NCBI RefSeq assembly: GCF_009834535.1
Contig: NC_045696.1
Location: 53,012,001 to 53,076,000, forward strand
Origin: Camelus ferus
Taxonomy: Eukaryota
Direction: 5' to 3'
DNA length: 64,000 nucleotides
Shown here one piece after another: positions 12,415-25,251 of the stretch (its first letter is position 1; each line of letters opens with the position of its first letter). The position numbers were made by a program, and so were the translations under genes. A model generated the notes under the pieces. That model had not been told where the DNA came from and ran no database searches. It saw only the letters and a list, made by a program, of their open reading frames with translations.

Positions 12415-13445
12415 GGTGAAGTGTTTTGCCTGCCCAAATTCACGCCTTCTTCTTCTGGTAAGACACCCTAATTTGCCTCTGGAGAACCACTTTTCATCCC
12501 ACTGCCATTGGTTTGTTGAGATTGTCAATCAGGTGACCCGCTTTCCTTAGCCAAGGAAAGTGACTTAAGTTGGGCAATTCAGACTCTCCTTCCCTGGACC
12601 TTGGTTATTATAAGAAATAGCTTAAAAGCAGTTGAAACTGATTGTATTAATAGCTCCAGTTTTCCATTCTTCCCTGTGTCCACAACTTTTGCCATGCCCA
12701 GGCCCTCCTATAGTGGATGGTACACATTTTTCCATTCCTGGACTATGTTACCTGTTTTGGCCGAGGATATCAGTATAGGTAACACAAGCAGAGTCCTGGA
12801 AAGTGCTGGCACAACTGGACTCACTTGGCATTCTGCCTCTGCCATCAACATAAAAAGAACATGCCCAAATGAGTCTTCTGGTCCCAGGAGAAGAAGGCTG
12901 GGAAATGGCAAATAGGATTTCAAATAAAACACAAGGTACTCATTCAAATATGAATTTCAGATAAACAACAAATACTTTTCTTAGTATGAATATGTTCCAG
13001 ATATTTCATGGGACAGATTTACACCAAAGATTATTATCTAAAATTCAAAGTTAACTGGGCATCCTAGATTTTTATTTTATGAATCTGAAAACCCCAGGAA
13101 TACGGTCAGCTGCAGCGAAGCCCAGCCTAGAGGTGTGCGGACTTGTACACATAAGAGAAATAAAGAATAATTGTTTTGTGCCCATGAATTTTGGAGTGGT
13201 TTGTTCATCAGCAATCATTAGCTAATACATATCATGAAAGGGCAGCCACCGGAAAGGACTATTATTTTTCACTAGGGCCTGCAACTTGCACCCTTAGAGA
13301 TGTGTGATTTTGTGCTTCCCATGGTAAGATTTTTTTGTTTTCACTTTGATTCTGTGAGCTATTCCATATTCTTCCAATGTATCACCTCCTTCTTACATCA
13401 ATTAGCCAGTCAATTTCTGTTGCTTAAACCAAAGGATTCTAATTG
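12415..13445 (+). mobile_element. Nested MaLR LTRs: outer MLT1J/K-like split by inner MLT1H-like (about 12640-13229)
   Basis: Two separate MaLR 3' ends (ttttggagtggtttgttcatcagcaat...agctaataca at 13229; ttctgttgcttaaaccaaaggattctaatt at about 13445) and two 5' portions. Confidence 0.65.
12914..13094. mobile_element. MER53 palindromic hAT-type MITE
   Basis: tgaatttcagataaacaacaaata...ttagtatgaatatgttcca...catgggacag...aaattcaaagttaactgggcatcct...aatctgaaaaccc matches recalled MER53. Confidence 0.85.
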
Positions 13446-14244
13446 TTGTGAATTGAGAAGCAGTCATAATAAGGGAAAAAAAAATTGAAGAGGGGTCTTT
13501 TCATAGAGGGAAAATTGTCATCTCTGCTTAGGTACTTGTTGGGCTCCCACAAAACCAACTTAGTTGCATGTTTGGCCTTGGTTCTTATCTATCAGTACAC
13601 ATTGCTTTAAAAATAATCCTAGGCTTGCAAGACCATCTAATTCTAGCTGTGAATGTTTTAATGCCTTTATCCTTGGTTTCTGACTGACCAGCCTACAGAA
13701 GGAAATAATCAGTTTCAGACTAGGGAAGAAAAGTAGTCAGTTGGCTCATTTCTCTAACCTCAAATAATTAGCAGGTATTACTTGTATTCAATTCAAAATG
13801 TCACTCCTAACGGTACAAATTAGCAATGAATTGGTCTCAGTTATTGTTCATATGAAGTTGGGGCAAGGTGCATGTACTACTGCGTGTATGGTGGTGAGGG
13901 GGTGTTAAAAAAACAACACTGTCAACTTCCTAATTTCTAACTGTTCTTTCATAAGGCTAGACAAGCTTCAGCACTATCTTTTGCATATGTGACAGACTAT
14001 GGAACAGTATGGCATGCATATATGAGTTGGGTTCAGAAATCTACAGGATATTTTTTGAACAGCACTTGGCTTTAATGAGCATGATCTAAGAATTCAACCA
14101 TAGCAATAAAAATATACACTATAAATGCCATCTTGTGAAACATCAAACATCCATCCAGCCTGGCATTTGCTTCTAAAAATGCCACTGAAACATGTTTTGC
14201 TGCATGGTGTGGTAGTTTCTAGGATGAATGACAGGACTGGAAAA

Positions 14245-14580
14245 TGTAGCACAGTGAACTAGATTCAGAGCCAGGGGATTTTGACCCTGCCCGGCCACGA
14301 GCTCACAAGGCAACCACACAGTCTCTGATGTGTGCTTTTGAATCCCCATCATCAGGCACATTGTAAGAGCTTAACAAATTCTGAATGCATAAATGAACAT
14401 ACTCATGACAGATTATTTCAATCTCTTTTGGTCTTAGTTTCCTCATCTGGTAACTGGAAATTGTGTGCAAAATTGACGTTAGGCAATATTGCAGGATTGC
14501 TATTAGGGTCAAAGAAGATAATGCATGTGAACTTGTTCTGTAAATTGAAAGAGGTTCTATAGCATAGCCATTATTTATTG
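14245..14580 (+). mobile_element. MIR interrupted by a short L2 3' tail (about 14320-14400)
   Basis: MIR core tagtttcctcatctg and ggattgctattagggtcaaagaagataatgcatgtgaa; L2 tail aggcacattgtaagagcttaacaaattctgaatgcataaatgaa. Confidence 0.55.
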
Positions 14581-17500
14581 CATGCTAAAACTAGCTAATA
14601 AAACAGTATTGGCTTAACTCCTTCTAACATCACGTGATAAAAGAGTTCATACACTTTCATGGTTAATGGCATTCTAGTTATATTTTGGCAGGCACCATTA
14701 TTGCCAAAAGGTGTATGGAATTATTACAATTCATAATCAATGATTAATATTGGCATTAACAATAAATCACTCCAAAGATATGCACTCAGTTCTTATCTAC
14801 TAATGAGCAGAGCTACGTCAATGTGTCAGCCTTTTAGTCAATGTCTTAACATTTTATACCTATAATAAAAAGTGATATAAAGATATGAGAGTACAACCAT
14901 AAGTAAAAAAAGTTCTCCCCAAATTTTTAGAAGCTTAACTCTTTGGCTCCCAAGAAAAAGCTCTCCAAATAAAATTCTGTCACCATTATGTAATTTGTCA
15001 TTTAAGTCTTAAAGACAACAGATGTTGCCGGTGTTTTGTGTCTGTAATTTAAGTCTCTGAAGCCTTTGCTCTCACAGTAGAATAAAATAACTAGCAATGA
15101 TAATTCCTCTTCCACGAGTACTAGCTCCCACTCCTATTAGGATCCATTTACAAAGCAAAACACATCAGCCTCCAAAGTAGGTACTTGAAAAGGAGCACCC
15201 TACAGGAACATGATTCCTTTCAGATACAAATTTCATGGGTGAGCAGGAAAATATGGAAAATACAGATTCTCTGAGTGTCAGATGAAGCTGAAGGTAGGAG
15301 ACACTCATTATGAGTATCAGTTACTCAAATTTCTCTGCCAGGAATGATTACAAATGCTGCACTTATGCATGCAGTAAATGATGAACAAAGAAACTTGAGG
15401 AAAGAGGAATAAGATGCTAACAATTTAGAGGAAAAGATAAAATGTATGTATAAAACAAAGCAATACCAAGTGCCATATGACTGGTAATGAGGTAAAGCCA
15501 GGGAAATTGCACCAGCGAAGCTCAGGAAAATGACATATTAAAACAACGTGCAGTCAAGAAAAAGCCTTTTAATCCTTTATTAATCAGGCAGGAGCAGTTT
15601 CTGAACTGTAAGGAAACGTACATGAAACTAAAACTGCCTGAAGCCTCACTCACCACAGTCCTCTGAGATGCAGCTGGCATTTTACTGTGTTGGCCAAAGC
15701 TAGTTAAGACACACTCTTCTGGGTCTTTGAGTCCTACATTATCACATTCTCAAGTGGCCCTGCGAGTTCCCCGCACTGTCCGAGGTATTCAGATTGACAC
15801 CAAAACAGTGCCTACAGATGCATTCAGACAAAAGGGAGGGTTAATTTGAGTCAGACTGCTTTAAATAACTCAAACACAGTAGCCATGGGCCAAAGAAATG
15901 CTACGAGCGCACCTCCACACCACCCAGTGGTGGATGTGTACTTAGGTGACATGTATGTGGCGTGGATACCTGCAACTGGTTGAGTCCCCTAGTCTACCTC
16001 AAAAGAAAGCCTATTAAATTGGAATTTTTCTGTATTTATTAAACATTCAGAATTATGCTGGAATCTGAGTGCGTGCTGGTTTAAAAAGGGGACAGATTAT
16101 TCAGCACCGACACTGGCATTCATGACCAGCTAAGGATGTCTATTATTGCTGCTTCAGCAGTAGGGATCCTCTGTGGGATGGCAAATGGCTGTTCCCATGC
16201 ACGGGTCATTGCCTTGCTAAATAAGAATAAATGGAACTCTCCTGACTCTGCTCACTGAGGCTGCAGTTACCCAGCCAGTCAGCAGCTTCTCCCAAATCTC
16301 CTATTCCCAGACCCTTGTTCCAGCTGTTTGGAGATTTATTTTTGCTAATCTGGGAAAACACCCAGAAGCTGATTTAACTGATAGACGGAAGGAATGAATC
16401 TCTCTTTCACCTGGGCAAAATTGCTTTCTCATGTCTGGTACTTGCAGAACCGTCTTTAGATGCTGTCCAACCAGAGCAGATGGTTTTGTTACTTGGCAGC
16501 AATGGGGTTATTGAGCAGAGGGAAACTCAGAAATATCAGGCTACCTAGGGTAGGTGACAAATAGCTATTGGGTAGATTCCAAGGTCTGAGAAGCATCACC
16601 CTGAGACTTTATAAGAGAAAAGAAGACTGTATCTTTTCACCCTTTGCACTCAAAAAGACTTACTTTTCTATGTTAAATGGAGATGTTCGGTATAATTCTT
16701 AGAACAGATGAAAATTCAGGCTGTATTCCTGGCATCTACTAAAAACCCACTCCTATTCCACGAAAAGCCTGTAAGATTTAGCCCTAAACTCTGACATATC
16801 CTTGAAAGCTACAAAATACTTTATGGGCCACCAATTTTTCTTCTGTGCGCCATTATTTTTCTAAAAAAAATTAAATGTGAGGAAAACATTGCCTGTATCC
16901 CATGGATGAATTCTTTAACTATTAAGAGAACATCATAAATAAGACCTTATATCAAAAGCAGAGAGGATTTTAAATCAGAGAGAAAGGAGCTGTAAATGAA
17001 CAGGGAATAGAAGTATGGAGGGTTCAGAGACCAATCTGTTGTCTATTCTGCTTAAGAATAACACAAACCAACAACATTCATTGAGAGCCTACCGCACGTA
17101 AAGGCAGCGTGCAGGGCGTGGGCCGAGGTGAGGAGGGGGATAGAACAAGAACATTATGACCTAGATCACCCAGTTTTTATTGCTTCAGCGAAGTGCCAGT
17201 GGAACTTATCACACAAATAGTAAGAACACTCACTCTAACATTTTCAAAATGGCTTACTATTCATCTCATTTCTACATTTCATTTTGGGAATCAGAAATAC
17301 ATAGAGGTAACTATGGTGCTTGTAGAAATTCCTTGCACTTAATGATTTCATGCTCATATTACTAGCCTAAATTCTTTTTTTTTTTCAGTTGCTCAAGGCA
17401 TTTAATGTTCTTTGCTTGTAGGGAAGGAGGTAGATTCTAATAGAAACCAACTAGGGTGAACTAAAGCATGCCTAGAATACAATGAAAATAATAAAAGTTG

Positions 17501-17994
17501 TTTCCTGCCACTGCTCAAGGGCCCAGAAGATAGAATATTTAGACAAAGAATAGATTTGACAGGAGGTTTTTAGAATTTCCTTTTTTTGCATTGCCCCTGT
17601 TCAAAGCTTACCATAAACCATTACAAACAGAATGTGGAACATTCACATTATTTATTTCTAAACAGAGTTACTATTGTGAATTAATACATTCATGCCAATT
17701 ATAATTTTTCAAAAATTATATACAGCGGTAGAAAATACAGTAATTGTTGCAAGCATTCAGTGTAGCTAGGAGAGATAAAATACTTTCTGTGGTTATAAGT
17801 AGTTTTGAAAATTGCAGAGAGGTAAGTAGGTGTGTAGCATTTGTGGTGGGGAGAAAACACCAAAAACAAAACCTCAAGTTCATGGATATGAGTTAGATCT
17901 CCATCTCATCTTTGCTTGCCCTCTGTTGGAGGAGAAAATGAACATCAAATCATGAAAGAAGATACAAAAAAAAATAATAAAGATAACTAATAAT

Positions 17995-18235
17995 AATACT
18001 CTCTTAGGTAGTATAATATTATTCAATTTATAAAACAGTGGTCTATACCTTGCCTTTTTTGATCCATACCCTATCCCTGCGTGATAGCTTGACCAATATT
18101 ATTACCACCATCTCCCACCTAGGTATTGGTTGGATAATTATTGAGCTTGGATCTCAATAGGTTTCATTCTCTTGGCTAAGGTCTCAGAGCTAGAAAGGGG
18201 AAGTACTAAATGTATAACCAGCTCTTCTGATTGTG
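17995..18235 (-). mobile_element. MIR (MIRc/MIR3-like)
   Basis: tattattaccaccat...cttggctaaggtctcagagctag...tcttctgatt. Confidence 0.5.
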
Positions 18236-21200
18236 TTAAGACAATCCAGTAAGACCTGGATGTGTCACAGACTAGATTATCTACCACTAAGATGTGAGAT
18301 GCTGCCATGCTGATTGCATTCAACTGTTGCTATGATAACTAGGCACAACTAGAGATGGGATAATCTGGAGAAGTGGGTAGTTGTGCTGAAATCAGTGACA
18401 GGAATGCCACCGACTGTGTAGAGATTCTCGAAGTTTGGTTCACTTAAGTTTGTTCTTTCTGCATTGTTCAAGTCATTAAATGTGATACAGTTAAGAATTT
18501 GGCTTTCTGATTTTAAGGCATTTTTTAATAATGCTGATAATATTCACATCAGTAATTTGAAAAAGTTAAACAATTTTACAGTGGAAACTGGAGCCATCCT
18601 CACATGCATTAAATACTGCCTGTTTCACATTTCCTTTCCCTCAATTTGGTCAGTGCAAATGGGATTTCTTCTCTCTCTCCTTTTCTTAAAACTCAAGAGG
18701 CAGGCATGGCAGTGGCTCTGAGAATGCAATGTTCTGTTCCTGCTTCTACAAATGAATCCCAAACGGTATGAGTCTCATTAATCTTGAGCTAAAAGTGAAG
18801 TTAGACATCGAGGCACCTCGGGTCCCACCTGTTTGTTCAGAGCCCTAGGCATGTTATGGAGAAAATGTCAAAATTCTCCTCTTGCCGCTGCACCCTGCTG
18901 TGATGTTTTATTCAAACCCCCATGTCCTAAGGAAACAAACACTGCACATCCAAATCTCCCCCACCTGGTTCTCAGTCTCACACATAAACATGCACAATAG
19001 CCGTGTTTAGAAGAGCTGATCAATTCCTGCAAAAAACAGTCCACCAGTAACACTCTGTGAGGCGGGAGCACTCTGGCAAATGCTTTCTGAGGCAGCGTGA
19101 CCCTCCGTGACTGTGTCTGTCTCCATCTTACAACGCTTGTGCTTAGACAACGTGAAGTGTACACTGACCCTGTCTTCCAACAAGGGACGGTTTTACCATG
19201 AGTGGAACTCTGGGTTCATCTTGAGAAAAACTGACTGCTGGGACTGACTGCTGGGAAAACAGGGTAGGGTCCAGGGAGAAAGTAAGGTGGACGTGACTGA
19301 GGATGGGTAAGAAACAGCAGTGCTCCCATGAAGGCAGCAGGAGGAATCTCTCTCGGCATCAGCTCTGTATTTGGTAATACCCTGGAGGCCAGCAGGGATA
19401 GCAGCTTGTCCACTGGGTCTAGGCCAGAATCCTACAGAAATGCATTTGAGTTTCTGTGGAAACTCTACGGAGAGAATGAGTATGGGGGGGTAGTGAGCCG
19501 TGCCCACAGTCTCTGTCCATCCTATGTCTGTCACAAGCACATGAGGCAGGTTATGGAGCAGGAATCAGGAAAAGGTGGTCATGCAATTGGATGCACGGTG
19601 GTCCAGTCGGTCCTCTGGTCTACCAGCGTCTGACCGACCGCAGGCAGCCAACATGATAGCTGCTTTGTTCTCAATAAGCCACAGGCCTCACGAGGCAGGG
19701 ATGTGCTGTAGCAGCGAGAGGGATTCTTGTGTTTTCATCCATTTCAGACAGCTCCAGACGGGCTGAGAACCCGGCTTGTTGGCCACCAGAATCATTCTTG
19801 AATCTCGGACCACATCTCTCCCTGTTCAGTCTACGGGGAAAGGGCAAGTGCTCCCTCTGTCTGTTACTCTGCTCACCCTCCCCCTGGCCTCAGCCCAATC
19901 ACTTAACCTCATCTAGAAAGTGACTTGGCCCTGAGAGGCTTTGGCGGCTGAGTATCTGTGATTTCCATGAGTCCAGCTCACCCGTACCTGTCACCCCAGC
20001 AGGACACCACAGTGCCCAGCCTGATGTGGCTCCTCATTAATTGTATGCTGAGGGAGGGAAATAAGTTAACTGCCTCTTCAACACTGTGTATAAAATTACA
20101 AGGAAACAATACTCAGGGCCACTTGTGATTACTTTGCTCTCTTAGCCGTTTGCTAATGCTTTAATGCTTTCTTCCATTAATTATACAGCCATCACACTTC
20201 TCTTGGTGGGGAAGTAGCCCAAGAGGCTCAAGTCCAAATTGCACCTTTTTAGCTACTTGCCCTTCCTCTAATGATTAGAGGCTGTATGAGAGAAGATAAT
20301 CTTGCCTCTTTTCATGTCTTGTAAATTGACTATATGCCCAGAGTAGCTAAGGTTTAAGTTTAAAAGAAGCTCTTCTCCATCATATTTAACATATATACAT
20401 GTATATATAGTGTTACCAAAGACAGATACAAGAATGTCAAACACCTCCCCCAGCCACTTTTCATGAAGCTCCACAACACATTATGCTTTACCTTATGCTG
20501 GTCCCTCCAATGGCTTTGGGAGTCAGATCAGGTTTTAGCTATAAGCCAGCTGGTGCCATTCATTTAAAGGAAAACAGCCATGTAAGTGAGCAAGATTCTA
20601 ATCACTAAATCTAATTACAAAGTAAAGTAAATTATTATAAATGTTTTTAGAAGTGTCTTAAAACACTGTAAAAAAGAAAAATTATCCACCAAACAGAAAT
20701 CTGCTGTGCTGGTGGTTGATAGCATCGTTAGGGATTAGGACATTCACATGTATAAATGTTCTATGCGCTGGCTATTTCTGACACCTGAATCTAGTATGCA
20801 CACATTAAAAACTTTATCACCTTTCTCTCTCATTCAAACAGTCGCTAAACTGTTCCACTCAAAGTACACCTTAGTTTATAGGTCCTAATGGGAGTAATAG
20901 GAACATATCACTTATACTACACTGAAGGGAACTTCAAATCTTCCTGTTAAAATGGTAACAATTAGTCAAGGGAAGGAAAAGGCGGTGGGAAAATGAAGGA
21001 GAGACACTTAACATGGATGTTTGTATCTCCCAGTGCAGATCTATTCTCTTCTATTTAACATCTTTCATTAAAGTATTTCAAATGATGCACATTCTCCACA
21101 CGGTGATGCAAAACCAAAGACAAACACATTAACATTTAATCTTTGGCTTTCAAGCTAGCTGTCTGCCCGTTTCTTACATCAGTTGTGGCTGTACGCTGTC

Positions 21201-21299
21201 AGGGTGGCATGGATCTCATCCTTTGGTCCATCTGCCTCCTCGAGGGATGGATGTGTGTGCTCATCATGCTCAGAGCTCTTCAGAATGGTGTTCCCAGTT

Positions 21300-21662
21300 C
21301 ATTGTCTATTGTGTCCTTGGGAGTTGTAGGGAGGCTCTTTGTGCTCACCAAGTATCTATGTGCTTCTCTGCGTTTTCTAACCTCCTGTGGTTACTTGGGG
21401 ACCACATAACTCGGCTCTGGCCAATAAAATGTTGAGGAAAGTGAGGTAAGCCACATCTGGGCCCTGGCCCTTAAAAAAAAGCTAGTGTGTCACTCCAGCC
21501 TTCCCTGTCATGACAACTGTGGGAATATGTGACCTAGATGGCACAGACGCTATGCAGCAGAGGTTTGCCTGACCTGGACTGGACTTCATAAGCAAAAAAT
21601 AAGCCTTGAGAGTTCAGCAATATCTGCTGTGGCAGCGAACATTAATTACTCTGATCGAAACA
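21300..21662 (+). mobile_element. MaLR LTR (MLT1J-like)
   Basis: ccacataactcggctctggccaataaaatgttgaggaaagtga...ggacttcataagcaaaaaataagcc. Confidence 0.6.
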
Positions 21663-22959
21663 TCATTCAGAAGAGCAAACTATACAACTGCTACTTAGAA
21701 GTGTTCTGGGCGAAAGCTGGAAACTGCATATGATGCTCTCTCATATTCCCTCCTATTTCGTGATTATGACTGTTGAATGAAAATACTCTTCTCCATTCAG
21801 TGAAGACTTTGATTGGCCATTGCTAATGACTACATAATTAATCTTCCAGTCTACTCATCATTTCTTTTTAATTTTATGACCAACTGTAGTCTCCTGTCTG
21901 ACACTGGTTATCGCCTCCAAGGGGTATAGGAAGCTCTCCTCTGCTCTGTGGTATGGAGGTCACAGTGCAGACTCAGAAATGGTAATCTTTTCCTAATTCT
22001 GTGTCTCACTTTTTCTTGCCACCTATCGGAAGTGTTCCACCTGTACACCTACCTCTGATTATAAGCCTTTGGTGTTAAGGACCTGGAAGAGCCTGCTTCC
22101 AGGCCTCACATCTGTAAGTCACATATCCTAGAAATTTGGTATTCTCAAGTTTGAACTTCATAATTTTACATCAGATGCATAGTGTGTGAAAACAAGTGCT
22201 TTATAAAATCTAAGCAAAGACGGTATAAGGAATATTATTTGAATTAGCAAAATGGTATTTCCTATCATGAGAGTCACATGCTCTATTCACAACTATAGAG
22301 ATAATGAAATAGTACTGGATATTTCTAGAAATTGCCTGAGGAAATATTGTACTAAAAATGCTTATTTTGTACTCCAGGTACTATAACCAAGTTTCTCTCT
22401 ATTTGCATATGCTTGCTTGTAAACAGCACAGCTGCCTGGAAAAACATGAGTCCTGGGTTATATTTTTGGCTTTCCCTCTGTCTTGGTATTTTTTGAACCT
22501 GCAGTGTTGCATTCTTTTTTTTTTTTTTTTTTCATCCCCCCAGGTAGAGGAGGAGGACAATGCCTTAGGAACTATTTAAGGAAACAGTGTTACATAATCA
22601 ATGCGAGGACTCCAGGACCTCCGTCTTTATTTCCCTTACTTAAGTACAAAATCATATTTTATCAGAACAAATAAGGTTTCTAACATGGGTGGAGGATGTC
22701 CCAGCTTGCCTGTAGTGAAATGGCTCTATATTTGGCATTCTGCAGGCCTCATTATTACACAATCATCTCTTCATAAGGAACACGTAAAGGAAGTTCACTG
22801 AGTACATTTCTAGTACAGGAGTTATTTTTAAGGTCAACCAGGGAGAATTTCAGGATGATAGTGAGGGAGACATACTGAAAATGTGTGACTCTGAGTAGAA
22901 AATAAGATCTGACCCACATAACAGAGTTACCTAAGAGCAGCTCCATTCACTAAACACCA

Positions 22960-23137
22960 GGTTTCCAGGAGACCTAGATTTTGAGCATCATACTTCCTCT
23001 CAGTCCCAGCAGGACTCCTTCAGGCCACAGAAACTTCTCCATATCTCAGTATATTCATCTCTAAAAATAACATATGCTAATTCTCTAGGTTCCGCGATGG
23101 ATACAAGGATTAACTAAGTCATTTAGGTAAAGTACAT
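22960..23137 (+). mobile_element. MIR SINE adjoining the young L1 insertion
   Basis: agacctagatttt...tctcagtatattcatctctaaaaat...aggattaac...gtaaagtac. Confidence 0.55.
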
Positions 23138-23152
23138 TGGGTATATATGCTT

Positions 23153-24777
23153 TTTTTTTTAACATTTTTTTATTGATTCATTATCATTTTACAATGTTGT
23201 GTCAAATTCCAATGTAGAGCACAATTTTTCAGTTATACATAAACATACATATATTGTCACTTTTTTTTCTTTTTGCTGTGAGCTACCACAAGATCTTGTA
23301 TATATTTCCCTGTGCTATACAGTATAATCTTGTTTATCTACTCTACAATTTTGAAATCCCAGTCTATCTCTTCCCACCCACCGCCCCCTTGGCAACCACA
23401 AGTTTATATTCTATGTCTGTGAGTCTATTTCTGTTTTGTATTTATGCTTTGTTTCTGTTTTTGTTTTTGTTTTTGTTTTTCAGATTCCACATATGAGCAA
23501 TCTCATATGGTATTTTTCTTTCTCTTTCTGGCTTACTTCACTTAGAATGACATTCTCCAGGAGCATCCATGTTGCTGCAAACGGCATTATGTTGTTGGTT
23601 TTTATGGCTGAGTAGTATTCCAATGTATAAATATACCACCTCTTTATGCAGTCATCTGTTGATGGACATTTAGGCTGTCTCCATGTCTTGGCTATTGTAA
23701 ACAGTGCTGCTATGAACATTGGGGTGCAGGTGTCATCCTGAAGTAGGGTTCCTTCTGGATAGATGCCCAGGAGCGGGATTCCTGGGTCATAGGGTAAGTC
23801 TATTCCTAGTCTTTTGAGGAATCTCCATACTGTTTTCCACAGTGGCTGCACCAAACTGCATTCCCACCAGCAGTGAAGGAGGGTTCCCTTTTCTCCACAG
23901 TCTCTCCAGGATTTGTCATTTGTGGATTTTTGAATGATGGCCATTCTGACTGGTGTGAGGTGATACCTCATTGTAGTTTTGATTTGCATTTCTCTGATAA
24001 TTAGTGATACTGAGCATTTTTTCATGTGCCTATTGATCACTTGTATGTCTTCCTTGGAGAATTGCTTGTTTAGGTCTTCTGCCCATTTTTGGATTGCGTT
24101 GTTAATTTTTTTCTTATTGAGTCGTATGAGCTGCTTATATATTCTGGAGATGAAGCCTTTGTCGGTTTTCATTTGCAAAAATTTTTCCCATTCCGTAGGT
24201 TGTCTTTTTGTTTTACTTATGGTTTCCTTTGCTGTGCAGAACCTTGTAAGTTTCATTAGGTCCCATTTGTTTATTCTTGCTTTTATTTCTTCTAGGAGAA
24301 AATTTTTGAGATGTATGTCAGATAATGTTTTGCCTATATTTTCCTCTAGGAGGTTTATTTTATCTTGTCTTATGTTTAAGTCTTTGATCCATTTTGAGTT
24401 TATTTTTGTGTATGGTGTAAGGGAGTGTTCTAGCTTCATTGTTTTACATGCTGCTGTCCAGTTTTCCCAACACCATTTGCTGAAGAGACTGTCTTTATTC
24501 CAATGTATTTTCTTGCCTTCTTTGTTGAAGATTAGTTGACCAAAAGTTTGTGGGCTCATTTCTGGGCTCTCTATTCTGTTCCATTGGTCTATATGTCTGT
24601 TTTTGTACCAATACCATGCTGTCTTGATGACTGTAGCTCTATCGTATTGTCTGAAGTCTGGGAGAGTTATTCCTCCAGCCTCTTTCTTTTCCTTCAGTAA
24701 TGCTTTGCCAATTCTAGGTCTTTGATGGTTGCATATAAATTTTATTATGATTTGTTCTAGTTCTGTGAAGTATGTCC
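23153..24777 (-). mobile_element. Young 5'-truncated L1 with ORF2 C-terminus, 3'UTR, AATAAA and A tail
   Basis: ORF2 frame open from 24781 to the stop at 23480 ([39 protein letters not shown]). 15-bp TSD TGGGTATAT(A/A)(T/G)GCTT at 23138-23152 and 24778-24792, one mismatch; TT|AAGC endonuclease-type site. Confidence 0.97.
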
Positions 24778-25251
24778 TGGGTATATAGGCTTAAATACTT
24801 TTTTCACCCAGAAATCAGAAAAGGAAGATAAAATTGAGTCAGGATGGTATGGAAATATGACTGATTTTCATGTGGGGGCCATAGAATATGTCCCATGACT
24901 TTGTAGTTGTACTTGGCCTAGCACAGGTTATAACACTAATTAGGGACCTAGAGATTGACCTTTATAGTTAGTATAGAGGTCAACAATAGCCTGTATAAAA
25001 AGATTCTACCCAGCTTCAGTGGTGTAAGGTTGTTCTGTTGAGAAGATGGTTTTAGAAGCCAACCGGGAGGACTGCTCCTTGAGTTGGACCACATAGCCCT
25101 ATGGCTCATACATCCGTGTGCCCATGAATATAAGAGGTCAAGAGTCTAATGCCAAAGATGTGGGTGTGATAAATGCTCTGGCCAAAGGAACAATTCAGAA
25201 ATGTCTGAAGACATACAAGGGTAGGTACCTTCTCTTTCAATATATATTTAT

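Noticed and set aside
17914..17930. CTCF-like motif CCAACAGAGGGCAA (minus); similar partial match near 37553-37566
   Set aside because: Core mismatches; cannot be told from background without PWM or ChIP data.
23979..24539. 186-aa hydrophobic plus-strand ORF
   Set aside because: Ordinary antisense frame of L1 ORF2.
24775..24840. Possible exonisation of the L1 ORF2 as an LSAMP fusion exon via CCCAG at the 5' junction
   Set aside because: Poor pyrimidine tract next to the AG, and a phase-1 upstream exon would not be in frame with ORF2 there.
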